Notes: a model not told the origin generated them from the letters alone. 64,000 bases of DNA from an uncultured Candidatus Saccharibacteria bacterium (GCA_964559915.1 CAZLJP010000001.1:129510-193509), one strand, 5' to 3'. Positions 29,198-41,765 are shown, counted from the first letter of the stretch. Translations and numbers: made by a program.

Positions 29198-31642
29198 CTA
29201 GATAACGAAGTTTACTAATTTGCCCGGTACATAGATAGATTTCTTAATCTCTGCACCATTAATAAAGGCAGCCACTTTCTGGTCTGTAGCAGCCACAGCC
29301 AAGATATCGTCTTTGTTGGCGTCAGCAGATACGCTAATTTCGCTACGTAACTTACCGTTTACCTGAACTGCCAAGGTAATGGTGTCTTGGGCCAAATACT
29401 GGTCATCCCATTGTGGCCAGCTATCACGTTGTACACCATCCTTATGACCAAGTTGCTGCCATAGCTCGTCGGCAATGTGTGGCGCAAATGGAGCAATACA
29501 AGCCACTACGGCCTCTAAAGCCTCCTGCCATACCTCATTCTGCTTCAGATTATCTGTTTTGAGCTTGTATAAATCATTGACGGTAGTCATTGCGGCTGCA
29601 ATTGCAGTGTTATAGCGGTTTTCGTGGATGTCTTCGGTCATTTTCTTAATCATCTGGTGTGTGGTCAGACGGATAGCCTTGGTAGCCTCTGCAGATACCG
29701 TACCCTCGTCAGCGGCCAAGTATTCCTGCGCCAGTGTCCAGACACGATTCAAGAATCGATAGGTACCGGGTACGCCTTGTGGGTCCCATCGTATCCACAG
29801 CTCAAGCGGTGCGGCAAACATCAAGTAAGTACGGAGTGCGTCTGCACCATAGCCCTGATTAATAATCTCGAGTGGATCAACACCATTGCCCTTAGACTTA
29901 CTAAACATCGTGCCGTCACTTGCCATAATCTTGCCGTTAAACAAGAATTGCTTGAATGGCTCGGCTTCGTGCACCAAACCAAGCTTTTTAAAGAAGTGGC
30001 CAATGAAGCGGGCATACAGCAAGTGCGCAGTAGCATGGTCGCCACCGTTATAGAAATCTACCGGCTCCCATTTGTTGACAATCTCAGTATCAAAAATCTT
30101 GTCAGTGTTGAACGGGTCCATGTAGCGGTACATATACCAGCTACTACAGATGTAGGTATCCAGTGTGTCGGTTTCACGCTCTGCGTCACCACCACATTCT
30201 GGGCATTTAACCTGTAACCAGTCCGTGGCTCGGGCTAGTGCACTACGACCATCGCCACTCGGCTGAAAATCTGTAAGTTCTGGCAGAACAACCGGTAGTT
30301 GGTCATCGGGAACAAGCACATTACCGTCTTTTGGACAGTTGATAATAGGAATTGGTGCACCCCAGTAGCGTTGACGGCTGACTGACCAATCGCGCATCTT
30401 GTAGTTTACTTTCTCTGCGGCTATGCCTTCTTTGGCTAGACTTTTCACGATATTTTCACGCGCATCGGCTGATGCCTGGCCGTTGAACTCACCAGAGTTA
30501 ACCATGACACCTTCGTCATGGCTGCATTCATCGTCAGGGGCGTCGTTCTGCACCACACGAATGATGGGCAGATTAAAAGCCTTAGCGAATTCGTTGTCGC
30601 GTTCGTCGTGGGCAGGCACGGCCATAATGGCACCGGTGCCGTAGCCAGTCAGCACATAGTCAGCAATCCAGATAGGTATCTGCTCGTTATTGACTGGATT
30701 AATTGCATACGCACCTGTAAACACGCCTGTCTTTTGCTTGCTAGCCTGACGCTCTATTTCAGTCTTCTGCTGAGCGGCTTTAACGTAGGCATCTACTGCA
30801 TCTTTTTGTTCGGCAGTTGTCAGCTGCGCAACTAGCTCGTGCTCTGGCGCTAATACCAAGAATGTTGCACCAAACAACGTGTCGGGCCGTGTCGTGAAAA
30901 CTTTTATTTTCACGTTTTCACGAGTTTTCACGCCAAAATCTACCTCTGCGCCCGTGCTCTTGCCAATCCAGTTTTTCTGAGCCAACTTAACGGTATCGGT
31001 CCAATCTAAATCTTCAATTGCATCTAACAGTTCGTCGGCATATTCAGTAATTTTGAAGAACCATTGTTTAACTTCTTTTTTCTCGACAATTGGGTCGTCT
31101 TCACCATCATGACGCCAACACTTACCATCTATAACTTGTTCATTAGCCAATACTGTCTGGCATTTGGTACACCACCACTGCATACGGCTATCTTGGTAAG
31201 CCAGGCCATTCTTATACATTTGGGCAAAAATCCACTGCGTCCACTTGTAGTACTCGGGCACGTGCGTGGCAATTTCTTTACTCCAGTCGTTGCTCCAACC
31301 CATGGCTTTGTACGCCTTACGATAATCAGGAATCAGCTGCGCCATACTCTCTTGTGGGCTAATTCCCTGCTTAATAGCACGGTTCTCGGCTGGCAGACCA
31401 AAAGAATCCCAACCAACTGGGTGATAACTCTCAAAGCCTTTTTGGCGCATAAAACGGGCTTTTACTTCGCTAATGGTGTAGTTCATGGCATGCCCAATGT
31501 GCAAGTTACCACTGGGGTAGTTGAACATACTCATGGCAAGATATTTGGGCCGTGATGTTTTTAAGTCAGCTTTGTAAACCTGGGTCTCGTCCCAAATTTT
31601 TTGCCACTTCGGCTCTATTTCCTTAGGATTATATCGCTGCAT
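29198..31642 (-). CDS. leuS: Leucyl-tRNA synthetase
   Basis: YPSG.LHIGH, GWDSFGLPAEN, FTTRPDT, GTGAIMAVPAHD, SRQRYWG, VQVNGKLR. Confidence 0.97.
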   Translation of the reverse strand: MQRYNPKEIEPKWQKIWDETQVYKADLKTSRPKYLAMSMFNYPSGNLHIGHAMNYTISEVKARFMRQKGFESYHPVGWDSFGLPAENRAIKQGISPQESMAQLIPDYRKAYKAMGWSNDWSKEIATHVPEYYKWTQWIFAQMYKNGLAYQDSRMQWWCTKCQTVLANEQVIDGKCWRHDGEDDPIVEKKEVKQWFFKITEYADELLDAIEDLDWTDTVKLAQKNWIGKSTGAEVDFGVKTRENVKIKVFTTRPDTLFGATFLVLAPEHELVAQLTTAEQKDAVDAYVKAAQQKTEIERQASKQKTGVFTGAYAINPVNNEQIPIWIADYVLTGYGTGAIMAVPAHDERDNEFAKAFNLPIIRVVQNDAPDDECSHDEGVMVNSGEFNGQASADARENIVKSLAKEGIAAEKVNYKMRDWSVSRQRYWGAPIPIINCPKDGNVLVPDDQLPVVLPELTDFQPSGDGRSALARATDWLQVKCPECGGDAERETDTLDTYICSSWYMYRYMDPFNTDKIFDTEIVNKWEPVDFYNGGDHATAHLLYARFIGHFFKKLGLVHEAEPFKQFLFNGKIMASDGTMFSKSKGNGVDPLEIINQGYGADALRTYLMFAAPLELWIRWDPQGVPGTYRFLNRVWTLAQEYLAADEGTVSAEATKAIRLTTHQMIKKMTEDIHENRYNTAIAAAMTTVNDLYKLKTDNLKQNEVWQEALEAVVACIAPFAPHIADELWQQLGHKDGVQRDSWPQWDDQYLAQDTITLAVQVNGKLRSEISVSADANKDDILAVAATDQKVAAFINGAEIKKSIYVPGKLVNFVI

Positions 31643-31668
31643 TGATTATATTCTAACAGAGGTCAGGA

Positions 31669-32934
31669 CTATTTGAAACTGGCTTGTTTCTTTTTGAGCC
31701 AGGAGCGGCTCTGGCGGACAAGCTTTGATTGGTCCGCAGAGTCGGCCAATATGAGCTTTACGGCTTCTTCTGCAAACACACGGTTTTGGGAACCTTTAAC
31801 AAGTACCACAGCACCGGGCTTAATGAGCTGTTTCAGGTATTCACCTGCAGCGTAAGGGCTGGTGAAGGTAGTGACTTTGCAACCGGCCCTTATGGCGGCA
31901 GGCGCTAAATAGGTATTGGCATCAGGGCCAAGCGTCAGCACTTCGTCCAGATGCTTTGATTCACAAAACTCACCAAGCTCAGTATGCGCATCTGGCGAAT
32001 ACGTGCCGAGTTCGTTCATATTGCCGAGTAACGCAATTTTCTGAGGCGCTTTGATACGGTACAGGATTTCCAACGCTGCCCTGGCTGCTTCGGGACTGGA
32101 ATTGTACGTATCATCAATAATTGTTGATCCTTGGATGCCAGCTAAGCGCTGCAAGCGACCGTTCACTGGTTGTACATTTTTGAGGCCACTAACGATTTGT
32201 TGCATGCTAAAACCCAACATATCTGCCACGGCTATTGCAGCTGTTAGTGAGTAGAGGTGTGCATCGGCCATGCTCTCATGACGAGCCTTCAACAGCACAG
32301 TACCATTATGACTCACCTGAAATGCAGCGCCATCTGTATGGAAAGAGAAATCATCCATATGATACTCTGCTTTGTTATGCAGACCGTAGGTGGTTGCCTC
32401 GGGCACAAACTCGACGTATTCTTGTGCCACTAAATCAGTATTTATAACAATTTCATCAGCAAGCTGCACAACTGACAACTCTTCTTTTGCTACAGCATCA
32501 AGGTCCTGGAAAAATTCCATGTGCTCTGGTGTGATAGCTGTCACTACGGCAATATCCAGATGGATATATCGTTTGAATGCAGCAATTTGGCCTGGCCCAT
32601 CAGTGCCGAGTTCAACAACAACTACTTCAAAATCAGGCTGTTTGTGGAGCTGTAGCTCGCATGCAACAAAGGTCTTGAGCCAACCCAATGGGTTGAGCAG
32701 TGATGGCATTGGCACATCAAAGAATACCAGTGGCACGGTCACTAAATCGTTGAAGTTACCTTCCTGGAAACGAACCTTTTTAGTACCGCCCAGTACCTGG
32801 GCAATAGCGAACTTAGTGCTGGTCTTGCCGATACTACCAACCACACCGACTGTACTAAAACGATACTTACGCTGCAGCCGGCGGACCTGCCAGCCCAACA
32901 CTGCTACTACTAGCTTGCGGGCAAATTGTTTCAT
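31669..32934 (-). CDS. murF: Mur ligase, MurF-like
   Basis: GSIGKTSTK, GRL, IIDDTYNSSP, LGNMNELG, VLVKGSQ. Confidence 0.85.
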   Translation of the reverse strand: MKQFARKLVVAVLGWQVRRLQRKYRFSTVGVVGSIGKTSTKFAIAQVLGGTKKVRFQEGNFNDLVTVPLVFFDVPMPSLLNPLGWLKTFVACELQLHKQPDFEVVVVELGTDGPGQIAAFKRYIHLDIAVVTAITPEHMEFFQDLDAVAKEELSVVQLADEIVINTDLVAQEYVEFVPEATTYGLHNKAEYHMDDFSFHTDGAAFQVSHNGTVLLKARHESMADAHLYSLTAAIAVADMLGFSMQQIVSGLKNVQPVNGRLQRLAGIQGSTIIDDTYNSSPEAARAALEILYRIKAPQKIALLGNMNELGTYSPDAHTELGEFCESKHLDEVLTLGPDANTYLAPAAIRAGCKVTTFTSPYAAGEYLKQLIKPGAVVLVKGSQNRVFAEEAVKLILADSADQSKLVRQSRSWLKKKQASFK

Positions 32935-32971
32935 ATATACTGACCAGTATACCCTGGCCGGTGTTTCGCCG

Positions 32972-34399
32972 CTACAATGTCAGACTATCAAAGGCTGAAG
33001 TAGTATTAGCACCTAATACACTTTCGCCTGAGCCGCCCAAGAACGCACCAAGCAGCTCCATAAGTGATTTAGCGCCATCTGGCTTCTTGAACTCAAGCTT
33101 GTCGTTGTTTGGCTGGATAGTTGCATTGAGTGTGAACTTAATAGCCTTGCCGTCGTCTGTACCATCGAAATCCGCTTTAACCGTCGCTGTATTCTTCTTT
33201 GTATTGAGAGTAACTCCCACCGTAGCCTTGCCCTTTGGCTCATCCTCACTTGCGTTGATTGTTACATAGAATGGATACTCGTCACCACCATTATAATTGA
33301 GGCCCACAGAGACGAAGTCACCAGCCACCTTTGGGTCGTTGAAGGTAATTTTGCGAACCAGCTTAGTGCTCGTATCTACCCATACATCTGCAGTATCTGT
33401 GTCCTTGATAGAATCAAGGTCTTTAGTGTCTTCACATTGCCTCTTCAAGTCTGCTTCTGACTTGCCAGAACTGATTGCTTTGTAGAGCTTAGTAGAGAGT
33501 GCCTTGTCACACAGCGCTTGGTTGTAAGCTTTGAGGTGATTCTTATTAATACCGACTTTGTAATGGTATGCACCACGGTCATCAAGTTTTTCCTTGCCAA
33601 CATTTTGCTTGACCACAAAGACGGCCTTACTAGCGTCATCTGTGAATACATACTGCTTGGTAGGTTCACCGAGTGCACGAGCAAAATCAGTCACGTCCTG
33701 GAGCTTGACGTTTTGTATACCGGAGTCGGATTTTGTAGCTGATTTCTCTACCTGGTCAAGCAGTGTATGGTCAATGAAATACCACTGGTTATCAAAAGCC
33801 GCAAACTGCTCGCCCGCACCCGCTGCTTCTGCACCCAGCACTTTATCGATGCCCTTTAGGCCATTCACTCGTAAATAAATGTCAGGGTTCGCGCTGGTGT
33901 CAGTTGTGTGCGTCAAGGCTTCCAATGTGAATCGTTGGCCTACGGCACCTGCATCAATCTTGGTTTCAGAGTCTTTCTCGTAAAATTTTGAATCAATGGT
34001 ACCGTCCACAACAACATCTTTACTATCAAACTTGAAGGTACCGTTAATTTTGGCGCCCTTGGTGTCTTTCTGACTGTCGGCGTACGTAACCAAACGGTCG
34101 TAGCCCTTGCCGGTATTAGTTAACGCCTTGGCCCAAAGGTTTTCTGGCTTATTGGCCACAACAATTCCAAAGTAGGCTGCGGCACTACCACCAAGCACCA
34201 CTATGGCCACTAATGCAGCTATAGCCATGACTGGCAGCTTCTTTTTGACACTGCTCGTAACAACTGATGCTGAGTCAACAGTAGGAGTCGTTGATGTGGT
34301 AACTGGTTCAGTAACTGGAGTTGCTTCCGTATTTGGTGTTGGTTCGGTTGTGTTTTCTGGTTTCGGTGTATCGTCTGTAGGCTGCATATAATCCTCCAA
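32972..34399 (-). CDS. Hypothetical membrane-anchored surface protein
   Basis: P/T-rich N-terminus, one TM, beta-rich ectodomain; GGAGG SD. Confidence 0.8.
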   Translation of the reverse strand: MEDYMQPTDDTPKPENTTEPTPNTEATPVTEPVTTSTTPTVDSASVVTSSVKKKLPVMAIAALVAIVVLGGSAAAYFGIVVANKPENLWAKALTNTGKGYDRLVTYADSQKDTKGAKINGTFKFDSKDVVVDGTIDSKFYEKDSETKIDAGAVGQRFTLEALTHTTDTSANPDIYLRVNGLKGIDKVLGAEAAGAGEQFAAFDNQWYFIDHTLLDQVEKSATKSDSGIQNVKLQDVTDFARALGEPTKQYVFTDDASKAVFVVKQNVGKEKLDDRGAYHYKVGINKNHLKAYNQALCDKALSTKLYKAISSGKSEADLKRQCEDTKDLDSIKDTDTADVWVDTSTKLVRKITFNDPKVAGDFVSVGLNYNGGDEYPFYVTINASEDEPKGKATVGVTLNTKKNTATVKADFDGTDDGKAIKFTLNATIQPNNDKLEFKKPDGAKSLMELLGAFLGGSGESVLGANTTSAFDSLTL

Positions 34400-34449
34400 A
34401 TGTAGCGTTATATAAACTACTTATGATTATACAGCAGCTTCTCAGATTA

Positions 34450-34547
34450 TATAATGTAGGAACAGAGAAATACCGTGTTTACACAGTTTTCGAGTACCGC
34501 CCGCTTCAACGCTGCAAAGCAGTGTTATGCGGCAACCTCTCGGTATT
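34450..34547. repeat. Palindromic dispersed repeat, copy 2
   Basis: Homologous to 7375-7435; AATACCG...CGGTATT closing stem with internal hairpins. Confidence 0.7.
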
Positions 34548-35484
34548 ACTCTATTGACTGTAATTGAGCCTGAAGCTCGTCCACAGAAATGGCATCTTTT
34601 GGTGGGGCTGGTAGTTCCTTGCGGAGATTGCGGCCTGAGATATCTTCTGTCTTTGAGCCTGCGCTCTGGGCGGTCTGAGTCACCTGGTGTGACCAGCCAT
34701 CAATAGATACGCTGAAGAATAGCTGGCTCGCCTGCTCATAGTCGCTTGGGTTAATACCATCTAGATGAGTAAGGCCTGTCTCCTTTGCAAACTCCTGAAT
34801 GGCAGTGATGTATGGTACTGGGTTTACAGTGACCGAGAATGTGTAAGTAGGACGACGGAATAGGCCGCTGTGTCTTGTTTCAACAACTTTGTAGCTGTAG
34901 GCTTTGTTGTCTTTCATGTGCTTAACCAGACTGTGGCGTTGAGCAGCAGTAAGATTTCCTGTTGGGAACACGCCTAGCACAGATTGATTGTAGAGCTGAC
35001 CTTGGGTGATGCTTGTATCATCAGGCTGAGTCTTGCCCCAAATGTTTAATACGCTTGAGAAATCCAGTGGCTTGCCATCACGCTCACCCTGAGCGCCAGT
35101 CACAATGCTGGTATATCGTACATAGTCGTATACCGGTGTGCCAATATTTTCTGTCTTGGCGGTAGCGGAATCAACGCCTGTTTGCGTAAACACTGTGTCA
35201 CCAAACACGCGCTGCTTTGGCTCGGCTGTCGTAGCGATAACCTGGTCAACGCTTTGTTGGCCCTGCTTGATAGTACTGTGCCTGGTGTAGGACATAGTCT
35301 GCAGACTGTTATTCACAGAGCCCCAGAATAGTCGGTCTGGATTAGTCACATTATGGTATTGCCAAGCAACAAATATAGCTGCCAGCAATACAGTTGCGAT
35401 AGATACAATAAATTTAGTTGATGTAATCGTGCGTGCAAGCACGTTTGATGAACCACCCTTAAAGGCAAGACGTTTTCTAATCAT
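34546..35484 (-). CDS. Hypothetical membrane-anchored protein
   Basis: One N-terminal TM; the track's start overlaps tRNA-Ala, so the start was moved downstream (exact start uncertain). Confidence 0.75.
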   Translation of the reverse strand: MIRKRLAFKGGSSNVLARTITSTKFIVSIATVLLAAIFVAWQYHNVTNPDRLFWGSVNNSLQTMSYTRHSTIKQGQQSVDQVIATTAEPKQRVFGDTVFTQTGVDSATAKTENIGTPVYDYVRYTSIVTGAQGERDGKPLDFSSVLNIWGKTQPDDTSITQGQLYNQSVLGVFPTGNLTAAQRHSLVKHMKDNKAYSYKVVETRHSGLFRRPTYTFSVTVNPVPYITAIQEFAKETGLTHLDGINPSDYEQASQLFFSVSIDGWSHQVTQTAQSAGSKTEDISGRNLRKELPAPPKDAISVDELQAQLQSIE

Positions 35485-35572
35485 ATAGCTATTAAACAGT
35501 ATCTGAGCGTTTATCGCAATTCGAGTGGACTTCAGACAAAGAAAAAAGCCCTCAAGATGAAGGCTCTTTGCT

Positions 35573-35649
35573 TGGTGGAGCATAAGGGATTCGAACCCTT
35601 GACCTCTTCCATGCCATGGAAGCGCGCTAGCCAACTGCGCCAATGCCCC
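35573..35649 (-). tRNA. tRNA-Ala(GGC)
   Basis: GGGGCAT acceptor, GGC anticodon, GTTCGAATC, CCA. Confidence 0.96.
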
Positions 35650-35681
35650 AAAAGACCAAAAAATTGTAGCACAACAGAGAC

Positions 35682-35787
35682 GAAATAGAAAACCGCCCTT
35701 GAGGCGGTTTCTGTTCGTGCGCGCCCACCCGCGGCGGGTGAACGCTTTTGTTTTGAAGTGTTTGTTTCGCCGCTTGAGCGCACGATT
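35682..35787 (-). ncRNA. Candidate stand-alone sRNA B (A/C-rich core, same layout as sRNA A)
   Basis: TTGACA-16-TATGCT promoter; TCGTGC/GCACGA closing stem; AAACAAACACTTCAAAACAAAA core; GC-rich hairpin; terminator GAAACCGCC-TCAAG-GGCGGTTTT. Confidence 0.55.
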
Positions 35788-35826
35788 ACTCTAAGCATAG
35801 TACAGTCAGCTATTTTGTCAATCAGC

Positions 35827-36291
35827 CTACTCGGCTGGGTAATGAGTATCCCGTTGGGAATGAATTTCAACCAAAGCATCTGCCCGAGCAAGTTCACGCT
35901 GTATTTTTGGTAGCTCAATCAACGGCTCGTCAGAGCGCAGTGCGGCCAATTCTTCACCCAAGTCACGAATAAATGCTTGGTTATCTATTAGTGGTTCAGC
36001 TACAGCTAGTTCAACAATTATTTCTTCTGTGACTTCTGGGTCAATTTTGTGCAAATCTGGCAAAATATCAAGAATCTGAAAATTATTGGTGACTTCTCCG
36101 TCCTCCACGGTCTGCAAATTTTCCGGGTCCAGCAATTCTGCAGCAGCCTCAACCGCCCGCTCTTGCATAGCCTTGTTGCTTGTTGATACAACGCGGCCTA
36201 GTTGCGCCGCTACTTCAACATGCTGGTCAGAGATAGCAATCTCATGGTTAATAATTTCTGTAGGGGTTATCCCTAGTGGTGCTTCAGCCAT
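35827..36291 (-). CDS. Hypothetical acidic protein
   Basis: GGAGG SD; fills the gap. Confidence 0.7.
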   Translation of the reverse strand: MAEAPLGITPTEIINHEIAISDQHVEVAAQLGRVVSTSNKAMQERAVEAAAELLDPENLQTVEDGEVTNNFQILDILPDLHKIDPEVTEEIIVELAVAEPLIDNQAFIRDLGEELAALRSDEPLIELPKIQRELARADALVEIHSQRDTHYPAE

Positions 36292-36359
36292 CTAGATGCC
36301 TCCTGCTTAACTTGTATTGTATATATTTTTACATACATCGACACATATGTAAAATCTGG

Positions 36360-39341
<2,982 letters not shown>

Positions 39342-39355
<14 letters not shown>

Positions 39356-40226
39356 TCATTGCTCTGAGCCGTGCAATGCGGTCTTCGATAGGAGGATGCG
39401 TACTGAACAAGCCAGCCAGGCTGCCGCCCTTTAGCGGATTAGCAAAGAATAAATGTGCGGTTGAGCTATTAGCACGACGAGTGACACTACCTTGCTGAGC
39501 AATCTTCTCTAGTGCACTTGCTAAGCCCTCTGGGTAGCGAGTTGTCAGCGCACCGGTGGCATCAGCCAGATATTCACGACGCCGAGAGATAGCAAGCTGT
39601 ATGAAGCTGGCTGCAATCGGCGCAATCAGCGCGGCAGCTATGCCCAATATGTACACAATCGGGTTGCGGTTATCGCTATCAGAGAAAAAGGCATAGTGGA
39701 GTATCAAATCAGCAACCAATGACACAACAGAAACAAGACCAAAGGCAAACATTGAAACTCTGATGTCATAGTTCTTTACGTGTCCAAGCTCATGCGCCAT
39801 CACACCCTCAAGCTCATTATCATCTAGGGCATCAAGAATACCAGTCGTTGCACAAACAATAGCATGCTTGGGGTCACGGCCTGTGGCAAATGCGTTGAGT
39901 GCTGGGTCTTCCATGATGTAAACCTTGGGCATTGGGAGGCCTTCGGTAATTGCCAGGTTTTCGACAATACGATATAGCCGTGGGTTGTCTTTCTTACTAA
40001 TCTCTTTTGCACCATTAACCGCAGTAGCCAGCTTGGCACCACCGTAGTAGGTAATTAAGGCGTAAATCATTGAGCCAGCAAAGAAACCAATTGTCAGCAC
40101 TGGTGTGTAGCTTGTACTGCCAGTTAGCAGTGCACCGGCTACCCAGGACAGACCAAAGACAAATATTAGAAACCCAACAAATATAAATAACGTCTTGCGC
40201 TTATTCGCTGCAATCTCGGAATACAC
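39342..40226 (-). CDS. htpX: M48 zinc metalloprotease HtpX
   Basis: NAFATG, HELGH, SRRREYLAD, FSTHPP. Confidence 0.94.
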
Positions 40227-40236
40227 TACTTAACTC

Positions 40237-40800
40237 CTAGAACTTAACTTCAACTGGCTTTTGGGCAGCTGCAAGGTCTTCAACCTCAAAGAACTCACGT
40301 TCCTTGAAGCCCAAGATACCGGCAAAAATAGTGTTTGGAAATACTTTAATCTTGATGTTCAAATCACGAGCTGAACCGTTGTAGAAACGGCGAGCAGCTT
40401 GGATTTTGTCTTCGGTATCAACCAGCTCTGCCTGTAGCTGCTGAAAGTTCTCGGTAGCACGTAGCTGTGGGTAAGCTTCAGATACAGCAAACAAGCTCTT
40501 TAGGGCCTGTTCGAACTGATTCTCTGCCTTAGCGGTCTCTTGTACACCTTGGGCATTCAGCGCGTTTGAACGGGCTTCTGTTACCTTCTGGAATACTTCT
40601 TTTTCGTGGCTTGCGTAGCCCTTCACAGATTCAACTAGGTTAGGAATCAGGTCAAGACGTCGCTTTAGCTGTACAGTAATGTCACTCCAGGCTTCATCTA
40701 CACGCACATTTAGTTTTACTAAACCGTTATACAGACCAATCAGGGCTAGTACGGCAACACCGACTACTGCTAATACAATTATCAACGTCATTTCAGTCAC
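40237..40800 (-). CDS. lemA: LemA family protein
   Basis: AWSDI.VQLKRR.DLIPNLV, EAYP.L.A..NF, ARRFYN. Confidence 0.95.
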   Translation of the reverse strand: MTEMTLIIVLAVVGVAVLALIGLYNGLVKLNVRVDEAWSDITVQLKRRLDLIPNLVESVKGYASHEKEVFQKVTEARSNALNAQGVQETAKAENQFEQALKSLFAVSEAYPQLRATENFQQLQAELVDTEDKIQAARRFYNGSARDLNIKIKVFPNTIFAGILGFKEREFFEVEDLAAAQKPVEVKF

Positions 40801-40902
40801 ACTCCTTTTATGTATCTATAGTATATCACTAGCGTGAGCGGTATTACATAGAAAAACAGCCATGTTATACCGCGATTTTATGTAATAAAAAACACCGAAT
40901 AC

Positions 40903-41307
40903 TTAGGTATCAATAGGTGCTACTAGCTCACCTGCTATTTCGTGCACAGTGAGCTTGTCTAGGATGGAGTGTAGATCGTTAGCTTCAAGCTTTATCTCTT
41001 CCTCGTTTATATATGCGTAGACCGACGTATTGTCCACTACTTCAATATGGAAGATTGTAAAACGATTATTCTTGAGACTAATGGAGTGGCACGTTTCTCG
41101 CTCGGTAGAGGAAGCCTTAAATTCAACATGACTAATTGGTACTAGCTGGGCGCTGTCATTAAAGTCCCATGCAGAGCTTTTGTACATGTATTGAGAGTGA
41201 GGCGACTCGATACCTTCCCGCATCGGAACGTCTGCGGCATGTTCTTCTACATACTTCGTGAAGCGCTCGAAGACTATCTCTGGATTACCTAGTGTTTCAC
41301 CTGTCAT
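40903..41307 (-). CDS. Hypothetical protein
   Basis: 134-aa ORF filling the gap. Confidence 0.6.
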   Translation of the reverse strand: MTGETLGNPEIVFERFTKYVEEHAADVPMREGIESPHSQYMYKSSAWDFNDSAQLVPISHVEFKASSTERETCHSISLKNNRFTIFHIEVVDNTSVYAYINEEEIKLEANDLHSILDKLTVHEIAGELVAPIDT

Positions 41308-41356
41308 ATAGGTATGTTACACCGTGCTTTCGGGTAACAGCAAGCATGAGCAAAAC

Positions 41357-41510
41357 AAAAACACTCTGGTAAAACAGAGTGTTTTTATATGGTGGGCAAG
41401 GAGGGGCCTCGCTACGCTCGCGCACTGCGTCATGCTCGGTGTAAACACCTGCGCGTGACTTCGTTGGCGTCGAACCCTTGCTTTGCAGTACGGGTTCTCG
41501 ATGTCACACC
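41357..41510 (-). repeat. tRNA-Leu(TAA)-linked element: 3'-half copy interrupted in the T-loop, inverted T-arm, own terminator
   Basis: TGGTGGGCAAGGAGGG (41390-41405), ~64-nt hairpin insert, TCGAACCCT (41470-41478), GGGTTCTC (41492-41499). Confidence 0.85.
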
Positions 41511-41543
41511 AACAAAAAACCGGTCAAAAGACCGGCTCTTTGT

Positions 41544-41628
41544 TGGTGGGCAAGGAGGGACTCGAACCCTCAAGCCTTGCGGCACATGATTTTAAGTCGT
41601 GCGCGTATACCAGTTCCGCCACTCGCCC
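41544..41628 (-). tRNA. tRNA-Leu(TAA)
   Basis: Long variable arm, TAA anticodon, GTTCGAGTC, CCA. Confidence 0.95.
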
Positions 41629-41702
41629 TGGAGGCACCTACGGGTAACGCTCCCGTCTACACGGTTTTGCAGACCGTTGCCTAACTTCTCGGCCAAGGCG
41701 CC
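41629..41702 (-). tRNA. tRNA-Cys(GCA) with non-canonical T-loop
   Basis: GGCGCCT/AGGTGCC acceptor, U73 discriminator, GCA anticodon, T-stem ACGGG/CCCGT with loop AGCGTTA. Confidence 0.85.
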
Positions 41703-41765
41703 ACGGTATCGTGACGATACCGTGTGATTATAGCGTATTTATATATGTATTTAACAGTGTGATAG

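Noticed and set aside
29624-30217. 197-aa antisense ORF in leuS and similar shadow ORFs (e.g. 32390-32998)
   Set aside because: Antisense to well-conserved genes, with no motifs; a codon-bias artefact.
35485-35918. ORFs or ORF extensions over tRNAs (35532-35918, 8912-9106, 41389-41684, 45499-45750, 46613-46798)
   Set aside because: They overlap clear tRNA genes or their repeats and are spurious frames.
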